Shown: positions 38,590 to 47,854 of the stretch, in pieces | How the letters are laid out: each line of letters begins with the position of its first letter | How positions within the stretch are numbered: the first letter of the stretch is position 1 | NCBI GenBank assembly: GCA_003599145.1 | Contig: QZIT01000005.1 | Span: 512,330-576,329, forward strand | Direction: 5' to 3' | Length of the DNA stretch: 64,000 nt | Origin: Candidatus Woesearchaeota archaeon | GTDB taxonomy: Archaea; Nanobdellota; Nanobdellia; Woesearchaeales; UBA9642 | The notes under the pieces: generated by a model | Seen by the model: the letters and a program-made list of their open reading frames with translations, nothing else | Told to the model about the DNA's origin: nothing | The model's database searches: none | Made by a program: the position numbers and the translations under genes

Positions 38590-39006
38590 ATGAGTGCACT
38601 TAAAGGTAAAATGGTTGCAGCGCTTGAAGTTCAAGTGTATGAATCAGGGAAAAAAGGACAGCCACTGGCACAGTACCACACCAATACGGTCTATGTTATA
38701 GAACTGAAAGGAACTTTAAGAGACGTAACCAGTCCTGTTCTCATCGAAGAAACAGCAATGCTTTCTGCACTGAAACCGTTATGGCATCAAATTATCTTTG
38801 ATGTCTCTCAAGTTATCAATATGAGCACAGGAGGATTAGGGGGATTATTGCAGCTCTACCATAAATCAGACAAAACTGCGGAAAAAGCCAGGCTTGCAGG
38901 CGCAAATGAAAAAATACTCACCGTCCTTAGCACCACCAAGCTAAAGACAGAACTATTTGACACCTATGCAACGTTAGAAGATGCTATTGCTTCTTACCAA
39001 AGATAA
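38590..39006 (+). CDS. STAS-domain (anti-anti-sigma-like) protein
   Basis: IELKGTL, IIFDVSQVINMSTGGLG.L, LSTTKL..LF..Y..LEDA. Confidence 0.78.
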   Translation: MSALKGKMVAALEVQVYESGKKGQPLAQYHTNTVYVIELKGTLRDVTSPVLIEETAMLSALKPLWHQIIFDVSQVINMSTGGLGGLLQLYHKSDKTAEKARLAGANEKILTVLSTTKLKTELFDTYATLEDAIASYQR

Positions 39007-39400
39007 TCAGTTCTTTCTCAAGTTTTTTCAACAAGTCACTGATAGATCTATAATAAATTACCTTTTTTACGTTGGGAATTCCTAAAATCATGATAGAAAC
39101 AGAAATTCCCTCTTTTGCAATGGCAATAACAGGTATTTTCTTTTCATAAGCCATCTGAAATTCCATGCCCACTCCGTGAGATGGACTGCTCACTTCCCCA
39201 ATAAACAAATCGCATTTGGTAATGGTTTTAAGCGTCCTTTCGTAAAATTCCTTGGGCTTTTCCTTTGTTTTCCAAAAGTCAGGATATGTGCCCAGAACCT
39301 TGTCAAAGTATTTTTCACAAAGAGCCATCAACTTCTTATAAACAGGAAGATAGTCCTGTCCAAAAAGATGGATGGGTCCAAACACATAAGCGCTCTTCAT
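38984..39400 (-). CDS. Nucleoside 2-deoxyribosyltransferase / DNPH1(Rcl)-like nucleotide N-hydrolase
   Basis: CDLFIGEVSSPSHGVGME, matching the DNPH1-type EV..PS.GVG.E motif. Confidence 0.78.
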   Translation of the reverse strand: MKSAYVFGPIHLFGQDYLPVYKKLMALCEKYFDKVLGTYPDFWKTKEKPKEFYERTLKTITKCDLFIGEVSSPSHGVGMEFQMAYEKKIPVIAIAKEGISVSIMILGIPNVKKVIYYRSISDLLKKLEKELIIFGKKQ

Positions 39401-39497
39401 ACGTCTAAGGAAGCTGTTGAGAATAAAAATCTTGCCTTTATAAATCGAAAAGTATATAAATCAAAAACAGCACTATTCCTTAAAAAGAGGTGTTACC

Positions 39498-39704
39498 ATG
39501 GCATTTGATACGGTTATACTGGCGATTATCATAGGAACCTTAGCAGCAATAGTGTACAGCCTGCGCATTCTTGTTTTGCTTGAACGAAGAATTGCAAGGA
39601 TGGATTATAATATTGAAAGAATAACAGAAAGAGTCGCCAAAGAGGAAAGGCAGATTCTTGCAGAAGAAAAAAAGATTGAGATGCAGTTTAAGAGAAAAAA
39701 ATAA
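39498..39704 (+). CDS. Small single-TM coiled-coil protein
   Basis: GAGGTG SD; IIIGTLAAIVYSLR.LV.LERR. Confidence 0.75.
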   Translation: MAFDTVILAIIIGTLAAIVYSLRILVLLERRIARMDYNIERITERVAKEERQILAEEKKIEMQFKRKK

Positions 39705-39710
39705 ATTTTT

Positions 39711-40097
39711 TTATTTTACTATTTCTTCAAAGGAGAATCCTTTTAAAGTAGCATCTTCAAAAGAAATCATGTAGCTTTTTTCAGTCAACTTTAAATCTTC
39801 GATACCTACAAATAACCAATGATGCCCTTTGAATTTTATGGCAACCCATGGCTCCGCTCCAAAGGTTTTTCCAAACAAAACCAGCTCGTCAACTTCTTTT
39901 TGAGTAAAATACTTGGCACTGCCTCTCGTGGTTTTGCACTCAATAACCATTCTTTTGAGGTTATTGCCTGCGATGACATCAGGACTGGGATATTTTGAAG
40001 AACCAGACCCTGCTATTCTTGCGCTTACCCAGCCGACTGCGTTGAATTTATGCACTAAATCTCTTTCTGCCGTGATGCCTATAGATTTTCTTGACAT
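39711..40097 (-). CDS. hjc: Archaeal Holliday junction resolvase
   Basis: G..AERDL, RIAGSG, PDVIAG and IECK. Confidence 0.93.
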   Translation of the reverse strand: MSRKSIGITAERDLVHKFNAVGWVSARIAGSGSSKYPSPDVIAGNNLKRMVIECKTTRGSAKYFTQKEVDELVLFGKTFGAEPWVAIKFKGHHWLFVGIEDLKLTEKSYMISFEDATLKGFSFEEIVK

Positions 40098-40186
40098 GGT
40101 TTTGTTAAGGAAAGGGTGTTTATAAGCATTATGCTTCATGATAAACTTTATAAAAACAGCTTCTTTTCCCAGAAAAAGGTGATATT

Positions 40187-40396
40187 ATGAAAAAATCCAT
40201 TCCTTTGGCTGCAATTGAGCGCCTTATTAAAAACAGCGGTGCGAAAAGGGTTGCAGATGATGCAAAAGCTGAAATGAGAGACGTTTTAGAGGAAATAGCT
40301 GCAGAGCTGTCAAAAAGCGCGATCAATTTTGCAAAACACGCAGGAAGAACGACCATAAAAGCAGAAGATGTCAAATTAGCTGCAAAACAGCTATAG
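40187..40396 (+). CDS. Archaeal histone (HMf family)
   Basis: IPLAAIERL.K..GAKRV...AKHAGRTTIKAEDV. Confidence 0.95.
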   Translation: MKKSIPLAAIERLIKNSGAKRVADDAKAEMRDVLEEIAAELSKSAINFAKHAGRTTIKAEDVKLAAKQL

Positions 40397-41290
40397 CTTA
40401 ATTTTCATAAAGTCAAAGGCAACTTCGACATTGGGAAAAACTGCCCGTGCATCTTCAAGCACTTCTTCATTGGTTTTATATCTCTGAGAAAGATGGGTTA
40501 AAATCAATTTTTTTACATTTGCCTTATTTGCTATAATGCCTGCCTGCTGGCTAGTCATATGCTTATATTGCGTTGCCTTTTCTTCAAGGCTTGAGCTATA
40601 GGTTGATTCTGAAATAAAAACATCTGCATCCTTTGCAAGCTCATAGCAATTATTGCAAAGCAAGGTATCAAAGACAAATGCTATTTTTTTTCCTTTCGTC
40701 ATGGTGCTTACGTCATCAGGAGTTACTGTTTTGCCCTTAACAGCGACAGATTTTCCTTTTTGCAATTGTCCTATCAAATGTCCCGTTACCCCCAGAGCTT
40801 TTAATTTCTGAGGAAGCATAGTTCTTCTATCTTTTTCAATGAACGAATATCCTAAACAGGGAATGCTATGTTTTAAAGGAGCGCATTGCAATGCAAAATT
40901 TTCTGTTTCAAAAAATGTTTTTAATTTTTGATAAGGTAATTCTTTTATCTGCAAGTCAACTTTATTTTCAAAAGAACAGCTTTGCAGCAAGTGCTTCATT
41001 TTTGTCTTCGTGCCTTTTGGACCGTACAAATACAATGTTTTTTGTTCAGGGTTATTTCCCAACGTTTGTATTAGCCCTATCAAGCCTGAAACATGGTCTC
41101 CATGCCAGTGGCTTATCAAAATTCTGGTTATTCTATTTCTGTTAATGCCTAAAATATTCATCTGCCTTTGAGTTCCCTCACCACAATCAATTAAAATGCC
41201 TTCATTCTGGTAACTAAGAAAAATGCCCTGAACGTTTCTCTCCTTGGTGGGAACCATGGATGAGGTTCCTAAAAAACACACTTCTATCAT
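40391..41290 (-). CDS. rnz: Ribonuclease Z
   Basis: LGTS..PT..RN, DCGEGTQRQ, SHWHGDH, ESTY, HMT and LTHLSQRY. Confidence 0.95.
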   Translation of the reverse strand: MIEVCFLGTSSMVPTKERNVQGIFLSYQNEGILIDCGEGTQRQMNILGINRNRITRILISHWHGDHVSGLIGLIQTLGNNPEQKTLYLYGPKGTKTKMKHLLQSCSFENKVDLQIKELPYQKLKTFFETENFALQCAPLKHSIPCLGYSFIEKDRRTMLPQKLKALGVTGHLIGQLQKGKSVAVKGKTVTPDDVSTMTKGKKIAFVFDTLLCNNCYELAKDADVFISESTYSSSLEEKATQYKHMTSQQAGIIANKANVKKLILTHLSQRYKTNEEVLEDARAVFPNVEVAFDFMKIKL

Positions 41291-41370
41291 AGGAATATGG
41301 AAAAAAGGGCAGTTTATAATTATTGTGGAAATATGACAAAAAATATAAACAAACAAAAACAACAAGGACT

Positions 41371-41883
41371 ATGAAACTCATAGTCTATATGGCAATGTCT
41401 GTCAACGGCTACATCGCAAGAACAGACAATGCAACAGACTTTGTTTCTAAGACAGAATGGAAAAGCTTTAAAAAAATGATAGGTAAAACAGGAAACATGG
41501 TTGTAGGAAGAAAGACCTATGGGATAATGAAAGCAGGAAAAGAATTTAAAGGATTACAAAACATAAGAGTTGTTGTTGTTTCTAAAACAGGCAACGTGAT
41601 GTTGGCAAATAAAAAACATGCAACCGTAACTACACCTAACGATGCAATAGCGTTGCTCAAAAAGGAAAAATTCAAGACAGCCTTAATTGCAGGAGGAGGC
41701 AAACTCAACGCCTCGTTTATGAAACAAAACCTTGTTGATGAAATGTATCTGGATATTGAGTCTGTTGCTTTAGGAAAAGGCGTTCCGTTATTTTCAGATG
41801 AAGATTTTTTTATGCAGTTGAAGCTCGAAGGAGTCAAAAAGCTCTCTGCAAACGAAGTGCAACTGCACTATAAAAAGCGGTAA
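41371..41883 (+). CDS. Dihydrofolate reductase / RibD C-terminal family protein
   Basis: AMSVNGYIA, VGRKTY, GGG, LVDEM and LGKGVPLF. Confidence 0.87.
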   Translation: MKLIVYMAMSVNGYIARTDNATDFVSKTEWKSFKKMIGKTGNMVVGRKTYGIMKAGKEFKGLQNIRVVVVSKTGNVMLANKKHATVTTPNDAIALLKKEKFKTALIAGGGKLNASFMKQNLVDEMYLDIESVALGKGVPLFSDEDFFMQLKLEGVKKLSANEVQLHYKKR

Positions 41884-41914
41884 GTATTTAAAAAGACCTT
41901 TTGTTCTTTATACC

Positions 41915-42598
41915 ATGGCAAAAAAAGCTGTAAAGAAAAAAACTGAACAGAAAAAGCAGGTAAAAATAGAAAAGATTGAAGTGAAAAAAGTAGTTGAAAA
42001 AGCGGATATAAAAAAAGAAGAGAAAAAAGAAACAGAACAAAAGAAAAAGACAGAAGTAAAAGAAGACAAGCCAAAAAAGAAAGTAAAGTCTTTTTTAGTT
42101 GATGAACTTGTCTTAACCGATAGCTCTGATGAAGCAAAGGAACTTTATAATCAAAGCAGGTATGGAGTTTTATTAGAAGAAGGAAAAGTGCAGTTATCTC
42201 TTCTTGAAGCCTTGTTCTTAATAGAAAAAAACAAGCTTGATGTCTATGATAACAAGAAAATCTTAAATTTTGAAGAATTTTTAAAAAAAGCAACGCTCAA
42301 AGAGCCTAATTTCTGGATACGATACTCTGTATTTAAAGACATGCGTAACAGGGGCTACATTATTAAAACAGCGCTGAAGTTTGGTGCAGATTTTCGTGTT
42401 TATGACCGAGGGGTAAAACCAGGAGAAGACCATGCAAAATGGGTTGTTTTTCCTGTCAATGAAGCATCTACCTTGACCTGGTACGAGTTCAGTGCAAAAA
42501 ACAGGGTTGCGCACAGCACGAAAAAAAGGCTTCTCTTGGGAATCGTCGATGCAGAAGGCGATGTAACCTATTACGAATGCAAGTGGATGCGACCATAA
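41915..42598 (+). CDS. endA: tRNA splicing endonuclease with Lys/Glu-rich N-terminal extension
   Basis: LSLLEALFL, KTALKFGADFRVY (Tyr), DHAKW (His) and RVAHSTKK (Lys). Confidence 0.93.
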   Translation: MAKKAVKKKTEQKKQVKIEKIEVKKVVEKADIKKEEKKETEQKKKTEVKEDKPKKKVKSFLVDELVLTDSSDEAKELYNQSRYGVLLEEGKVQLSLLEALFLIEKNKLDVYDNKKILNFEEFLKKATLKEPNFWIRYSVFKDMRNRGYIIKTALKFGADFRVYDRGVKPGEDHAKWVVFPVNEASTLTWYEFSAKNRVAHSTKKRLLLGIVDAEGDVTYYECKWMRP

Positions 42599-42630
42599 GG
42601 TATATAAACGCATTTTCCTTTCTGCAGTCC

Positions 42631-43671
42631 ATGCTGAAAAACATTCCCAAAGAAGATGTTTTGAAAGTGGTAAGGCAAATAGGACCCACTATCCCCAATA
42701 AAATTGTTAAGCAGCTAGGCGGAGACACGTTTCTCATCGGTGCAATTCTTTCAGATTTAGCTAACAGCAAATTAGTCAAAATCACCAACGTCAAGCTTGG
42801 CGGAAGCCCTTTTTACTATGCAGAAGGCCAGGAATCAAAATTACAGGAGCTCTATCCTCATCTCAATAGCAAAGACAAAGAAACCTATGACCTTCTGAAA
42901 AAAGAGAAAGTTCTCAAAGACACTGAACAGAGCCCTTTAATACGGGTAAGCTTAAGGCAGATAAAAGATTTTGCAAAGCCTGTTGAAGTTACTATAAGAG
43001 AAAAGCAGGAATTGTTCTGGAAATTCTATTTGGTTTCCAGCGATGAAGTCAAGGACATTCTTAAGAAACAGTACTTGCAAAAGCCTGAAGCAAAAATAGA
43101 AAAAAAGGAAGCTACGAAACAAGAACCTGACAAAATAATACAGCGAGTTGACGACAGAAAAGAAGAAAAAATTGAGAAAACGGCTGAAGAAAAAAGCGAG
43201 GAGAAAAAACCAAAAATCGAAGAAAAGAAAAGATCAGTTGAAAAAGCAGAGATAAAAGAAGAACAAGTAAAAATAGAGCAAAAGAAAAAAATAGAGCAAA
43301 AAGAAGTGCAGGAAGTCATTTATGAAGTTAAGAAAGCAAAAAAAGAATCTCCAAAAGAAGAAAAGGGCAGCTTTACGGAAAAGCTGCAGCAGTATTTCGG
43401 CAAGAAGAATATAGAGATTGCAGAAAAAACCGTTGCAAAAAAAGGAGAAATTGATTTCATTTTAAAAGTACCCAGCGCCGTCGGCTTTGTCCAGTATTAC
43501 TGCAAGGCAAAAGACAAGAAAAAATGCAATGAGGGCGATTTGGCAACAGCTTTTGTACAGGGTCAGAACAAAAAGCTTCCCGTATTATTTTTAACAACAG
43601 GAGAAATCAGCAAAAAGGCAAAGGAAATGCTTGAGCAAGAGTTTAAGGGCATGATTGCAAATAGCATTTAA
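42631..43671 (+). CDS. Hypothetical protein: wHTH-like N-terminus, Glu/Lys linker, nuclease-like C-terminal domain
   Basis: GAILSDL..KLGGSPFYY; EK-rich linker; EIDF...YYCKAK. Confidence 0.7.
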   Translation: MLKNIPKEDVLKVVRQIGPTIPNKIVKQLGGDTFLIGAILSDLANSKLVKITNVKLGGSPFYYAEGQESKLQELYPHLNSKDKETYDLLKKEKVLKDTEQSPLIRVSLRQIKDFAKPVEVTIREKQELFWKFYLVSSDEVKDILKKQYLQKPEAKIEKKEATKQEPDKIIQRVDDRKEEKIEKTAEEKSEEKKPKIEEKKRSVEKAEIKEEQVKIEQKKKIEQKEVQEVIYEVKKAKKESPKEEKGSFTEKLQQYFGKKNIEIAEKTVAKKGEIDFILKVPSAVGFVQYYCKAKDKKKCNEGDLATAFVQGQNKKLPVLFLTTGEISKKAKEMLEQEFKGMIANSI

Positions 43672-43710
43672 AATCAACAACTTTATTAATTGTTCTTCAT
43701 CTTAAAAAGC

Positions 43711-44742
43711 ATGGGAAATAAAATCAACGAGCTGTTTAAAGCAACTCCTATTAAAATAGATGACTTGCAAAACAAAACGCTCGTTGTTGATTCCTACAAC
43801 CAATTGTACATGTTTCTGAGTTCCATACGGCAAAGCGATGGAGGTTTGTTAACGGACAGCAGGGGAAATGTCACCAGCCATTTGAGCGGCTTATTCAACA
43901 GGTTTACCCGGTTAATGAAGCATGGTGTAAACTTTATTTTTGTGTTCGACGGAAAGGCTCCTGCACTAAAACAAAAAGAACGAGAAAGAAGAAAATCAAT
44001 AAAATTACAAGCAGAGAAACAGTACGAAGCTGCAAAAGAAAAAGAAAACCTGAAGGAAATGAAAAAGTACGCTGCCAGAACGTCGGTGTTAACAAAAGAA
44101 ATGATTGACGAAGCAAAAAAACTGATTATCGCATTAGGATTTCCTGTTGTTCAGGCAAAAGGTGAAGGAGAAGCCCAAGCAGCATTCCTGCTGAAACAGG
44201 GAAAAGGCTATGCTCTTTTAAGCCAGGATGCAGACGCTTTTTTATTCGGGGCTCCTTTAGTCATAAAAAACCTGACCATAACGGGAAAAAGAAAACAACC
44301 AGGAGTTTATAGCTACAGCATAGTCACTCCTGAAAAGATCTCTCTAACAGAAAACTTAAGTCTACTCAATATTGATCAAGATCAGTTAATAGCGGCTGCA
44401 TTGCTGACAGGAACCGATTACGATATAGGAGGTATTAAGGGCATAGGCCCAAAAAAAGCATTAGCCCTTATCAAGCAACATGGAAAGGATTTTGATACAC
44501 TGTTTAACAGCGTAAAATGGAATGATTACTTTGAACAGCCCTGGAAAGAAGTCTTTAATGCCATCAAGCAATGCGAAGTTAATGAACAGTATGAACTTTC
44601 AGTCTCTAAACTAGACAAGAATGCAATACTGGAACTGCTCGTGCAGGAGCATGACTTTAATAAAGAACGCGTTGAAAAAACGCTTGATGAACTTAATAGC
44701 GTACAGCAAAAACCTAAAGAGGATTTGACAAAATGGTTTTAA
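43711..44742 (+). CDS. fen: Flap endonuclease 1
   Basis: MG start, TSHLSGLF, FVFDG, EGEAQAA, SQD.D, GTDY..GI.GIGPKKA and C-terminal PIP-like LTKWF. Confidence 0.96.
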   Translation: MGNKINELFKATPIKIDDLQNKTLVVDSYNQLYMFLSSIRQSDGGLLTDSRGNVTSHLSGLFNRFTRLMKHGVNFIFVFDGKAPALKQKERERRKSIKLQAEKQYEAAKEKENLKEMKKYAARTSVLTKEMIDEAKKLIIALGFPVVQAKGEGEAQAAFLLKQGKGYALLSQDADAFLFGAPLVIKNLTITGKRKQPGVYSYSIVTPEKISLTENLSLLNIDQDQLIAAALLTGTDYDIGGIKGIGPKKALALIKQHGKDFDTLFNSVKWNDYFEQPWKEVFNAIKQCEVNEQYELSVSKLDKNAILELLVQEHDFNKERVEKTLDELNSVQQKPKEDLTKWF

Positions 44743-45608
44743 GTTGGCTATTCTTTGCATTTGCAAGCGCAGCGCTTATTTCTATTTTCACCATTGTTGA
44801 AAAGAAAAGCCTGTTGAAAGAACACGCGATGAAGTTTGCGACAGTTCTTGCTTTATTCAATGCACTGCTGTCCTTTTTTTATATCAGCAAAGTAGATTTT
44901 TCTATTTCACCAAAGTTTATTTTCATTATTTTTCTGCTGGCAATTATCAACGCTGTAGCGTTTCTGCTCATGGCAAAGGCAATCAGGCATATGGAAATTT
45001 CAGTATCTACGCCCATACTCAATTTCGGCCCAGCAATAACAGCAATGTTTGCGTTTCTTTTTTTAGGAGAAAGCATTGGCCTTTCGCAGATTGGAGGGAT
45101 TCTTTTGCTTATTGCAGGGGTGTATATTGTTGAGGTTGACCATGACTGGACGAATTTAAAAAATCCATTGGTCAAGATGCTGCATTCAAAGTATATCCAT
45201 TTTTTGTTTTTTTCCATGGCCTTATATGCAATAGGGACAGTTGCAGATAAATATGTATTGAACCAAGGCGTTGACAAATTCACGCTTCTGTTTTTTGCAC
45301 ACATTTTCATAGCCATTATTTACATCATCTTCATCAGTGCGTATTACAACGGAGCAAGCGACATCGTTTCAGGGATACGGGAAAGTGGAAAATACATTTT
45401 TGTTATTGCCGTCCTGATGAGCTTGTCAAGAATATTCTACCTTGAAGCGATTTCACTGGCAATGGTGTCCTTGGTTATCCCTATCAGGAGATTATCGACG
45501 TTGTTCGTGACCTTTTTTGGGGGAAATTTCTTCCATGAAAACGGACTAAAAATAAAAATCATCGGCTGTTGCATAACGCTCTTAGGAGTTGCCCTTATAG
45601 TACTATGA
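44733..45608 (+). CDS. EamA/DMT family transporter
   Basis: About 10 TM helices in two repeats; FLGE..G..L..G. Confidence 0.85.
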   Translation: MVLSWLFFAFASAALISIFTIVEKKSLLKEHAMKFATVLALFNALLSFFYISKVDFSISPKFIFIIFLLAIINAVAFLLMAKAIRHMEISVSTPILNFGPAITAMFAFLFLGESIGLSQIGGILLLIAGVYIVEVDHDWTNLKNPLVKMLHSKYIHFLFFSMALYAIGTVADKYVLNQGVDKFTLLFFAHIFIAIIYIIFISAYYNGASDIVSGIRESGKYIFVIAVLMSLSRIFYLEAISLAMVSLVIPIRRLSTLFVTFFGGNFFHENGLKIKIIGCCITLLGVALIVL

Positions 45609-46603
45609 AAACACTCAAAGTTCCTTTGAAGGAAGCGGAAAAAGCAAAGCAACAGTTCAAAGATAGTTTTGATAGAAAGTACACTGCAACTAAAGACGAG
45701 CAGTTCATTTATTTTCCTTTGCTGAAAGCTGTTAAAAGCAAATACGCCATCTGCAACAAAAGGCTGAAAAACAGAGAAAAAGAAACAACAGAAAGCTATT
45801 GGGCAAAACATCTAACGAAAAAAGAATTACGCCAGCTCAAAAAGGCCTATGATCTTGTGGGCACTATTGCCATCATAGAAATTCCTGCTGCGCTACTGCA
45901 GAAGGAAAAAACCATTGCCAAGGCAATGCTCCTGCATAGAAACATTAAAACTGTTTTAAAAAAAGGCTCTGCCCATGAGGGAGTCTTTAGAGCTCAAAAA
46001 ATGAAATACCTTGCAGGCATAAAAACAACAGAAGCACTGCACAAAGAAAATAAGACACGCATCAGTGTTGATGTTGAAAAAGTATACTTTTCGGTGAGGC
46101 TTGCAGAAGAAAGAAAAAGAATAGCTCAACTGGTGCAGCCTGGAGAATCTATTTTAGTCATGTTTTCAGGGTGCGGCGTTTATCCTGCGGTGCTTGCAAG
46201 AAACACCAATGCAAAAGAAATTATTGGCGTAGAAATCAATCCGGAAGGTCATGCATATGGATTAAAAAACATCAAACTCAACAGGCTAAGGAATGTGACG
46301 TTATACTGCGGCGATGCAAAAACAGCAACTCCTCAAAAAACATTTGACAGAATCATCATGCCTTTGCCTAAAACAGCAGAAACCTTTCTCGATGTTGCCC
46401 TTGCAAGAGCAAAAGAAGGCACCGCCATCCATCTTTATCAGTTTGAAAAAGAAGAAAATTTTGCAAAAGCTGCAGAAAACATAAAGAGCATTTGCAGAAA
46501 ACAAGGATGGACTGCAAATATTCTTCATATTCAAAAAGTAGGCCAACAATCGCCAAGGGTGTATAGAATTTGTATCGATATGACCTTAACCAAACATAGC
46601 TAA
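45605..46603 (+). CDS. Trm5/Taw2 (Met-10+) family tRNA-37 modifying SAM transferase
   Basis: YDLVGTIAI, HKEN, VYFS.RL..ER.RI, MFSGCG.Y, EINP and DRIIMPLP. Confidence 0.88.
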   Translation: MKTLKVPLKEAEKAKQQFKDSFDRKYTATKDEQFIYFPLLKAVKSKYAICNKRLKNREKETTESYWAKHLTKKELRQLKKAYDLVGTIAIIEIPAALLQKEKTIAKAMLLHRNIKTVLKKGSAHEGVFRAQKMKYLAGIKTTEALHKENKTRISVDVEKVYFSVRLAEERKRIAQLVQPGESILVMFSGCGVYPAVLARNTNAKEIIGVEINPEGHAYGLKNIKLNRLRNVTLYCGDAKTATPQKTFDRIIMPLPKTAETFLDVALARAKEGTAIHLYQFEKEENFAKAAENIKSICRKQGWTANILHIQKVGQQSPRVYRICIDMTLTKHS

Positions 46604-47728
46604 ATGTTCTCTATCATTGCCATTAGCTTTTCTAAGCTTGGTAACTGCCTCAAAGAAGTCCTGCTGCTGCACGACAGAGCGTCCTTTTCTTATGGCCACA
46701 TACCCTGCCTCAGTAACCACTGACTTTATTTCTGCGCCAGTAGAATTCTGCAACATGGTAATAATTTCTTTTTTATCTATTTTTTCCATAGTTAACTGTT
46801 TAGTATGAATGTCAAAAATTTCGGCAACGCCTCTTTGGTCAGGAACAGGAACATAAATCAATCTATCCAGCCTTCCGGGCCTTAAAATGGCAGGATCAAG
46901 AATGTCTATTCTGTTAGTGCATCCTATAATTTTAACCTCATCCAATTCCTGAAAGCCATCGATTTCAGAGAGCAGCTGCATAAACGTTCGTTGCACTTCT
47001 CGTTCTCCACTCGTGCCTATATCGACTCTTCTTGAACCTAATGCATCAAGTTCGTCAATAAAAACTACTGCAGGCGCCCTCTCACGGGCAAGGGCAAATA
47101 TTTCTTTTACTAATTTTGCTCCTTCTCCTATGAATTTTTGGACCAATTCAGAACCCACCACCTGAATAAACGTAGAATTTGTTGAATGCGCGACTGCCTT
47201 TCCCAAAAGAGTCTTTCCTGTTCCAGGAGGGCCATAAAGTAAAATTCCTTTAGGAGGCTTAATGCCTATCTGCTTGAACAGTTCAGGCTGCAGAAGGGGA
47301 AGTTCTATAACTTCTCTCACAAGCTCACACTGCTCTTTTAACCCTCCTATGTCATGCCATGAAGCGCGAGGCTTTTCCATAACTACAAAACGCTCAACTT
47401 CAAAATTCTTGAACTGATTGAGCTTTTTTACAATCGTAAGGTTTCTTTGCTCGACGGCAACGCAGTCTCCAGGTTTTAAGTCTGCAATGTGCTGAGAGAT
47501 ATTGACTAAAAATTTGTTTCCGTTAGGTATTCTAATAACGGCACTGTCATTATTGATTTCAAAAACTTCTGCAAGCATCAACGCAGGGCTTTTGTATCGC
47601 TCCATTTCTTCTTTTAATTTTGAAATAGTATGGCGCAAAACAGAATTTTCCTCTCGAGCAAAATCCTCATAGGAATCATAAGAGAACTCTTGGCTTTGGG
47701 GGTTCTTCACCTTGTTATTTGAAGCCAT
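46586..47728 (-). CDS. pan: Proteasome-activating nucleotidase
   Basis: Coiled coil plus OB domain, GPPGTGKT, KFIGEG, FIDELD, RPGRLDR; C-terminus MFG. Confidence 0.94.
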   Translation of the reverse strand: MASNNKVKNPQSQEFSYDSYEDFAREENSVLRHTISKLKEEMERYKSPALMLAEVFEINNDSAVIRIPNGNKFLVNISQHIADLKPGDCVAVEQRNLTIVKKLNQFKNFEVERFVVMEKPRASWHDIGGLKEQCELVREVIELPLLQPELFKQIGIKPPKGILLYGPPGTGKTLLGKAVAHSTNSTFIQVVGSELVQKFIGEGAKLVKEIFALARERAPAVVFIDELDALGSRRVDIGTSGEREVQRTFMQLLSEIDGFQELDEVKIIGCTNRIDILDPAILRPGRLDRLIYVPVPDQRGVAEIFDIHTKQLTMEKIDKKEIITMLQNSTGAEIKSVVTEAGYVAIRKGRSVVQQQDFFEAVTKLRKANGNDREHLAMFG

Positions 47729-47854
47729 GAAAACAGTAATACGAATGTTATTTATATACTTTACTTTTTTTTATTTCAGAATAAAATAAAAAAAGAAGAG
47801 ATTTAATGGAAAAAGAGAATTTTCAGGTAAAAAAACAGATGGAAGCAAAAAAGT

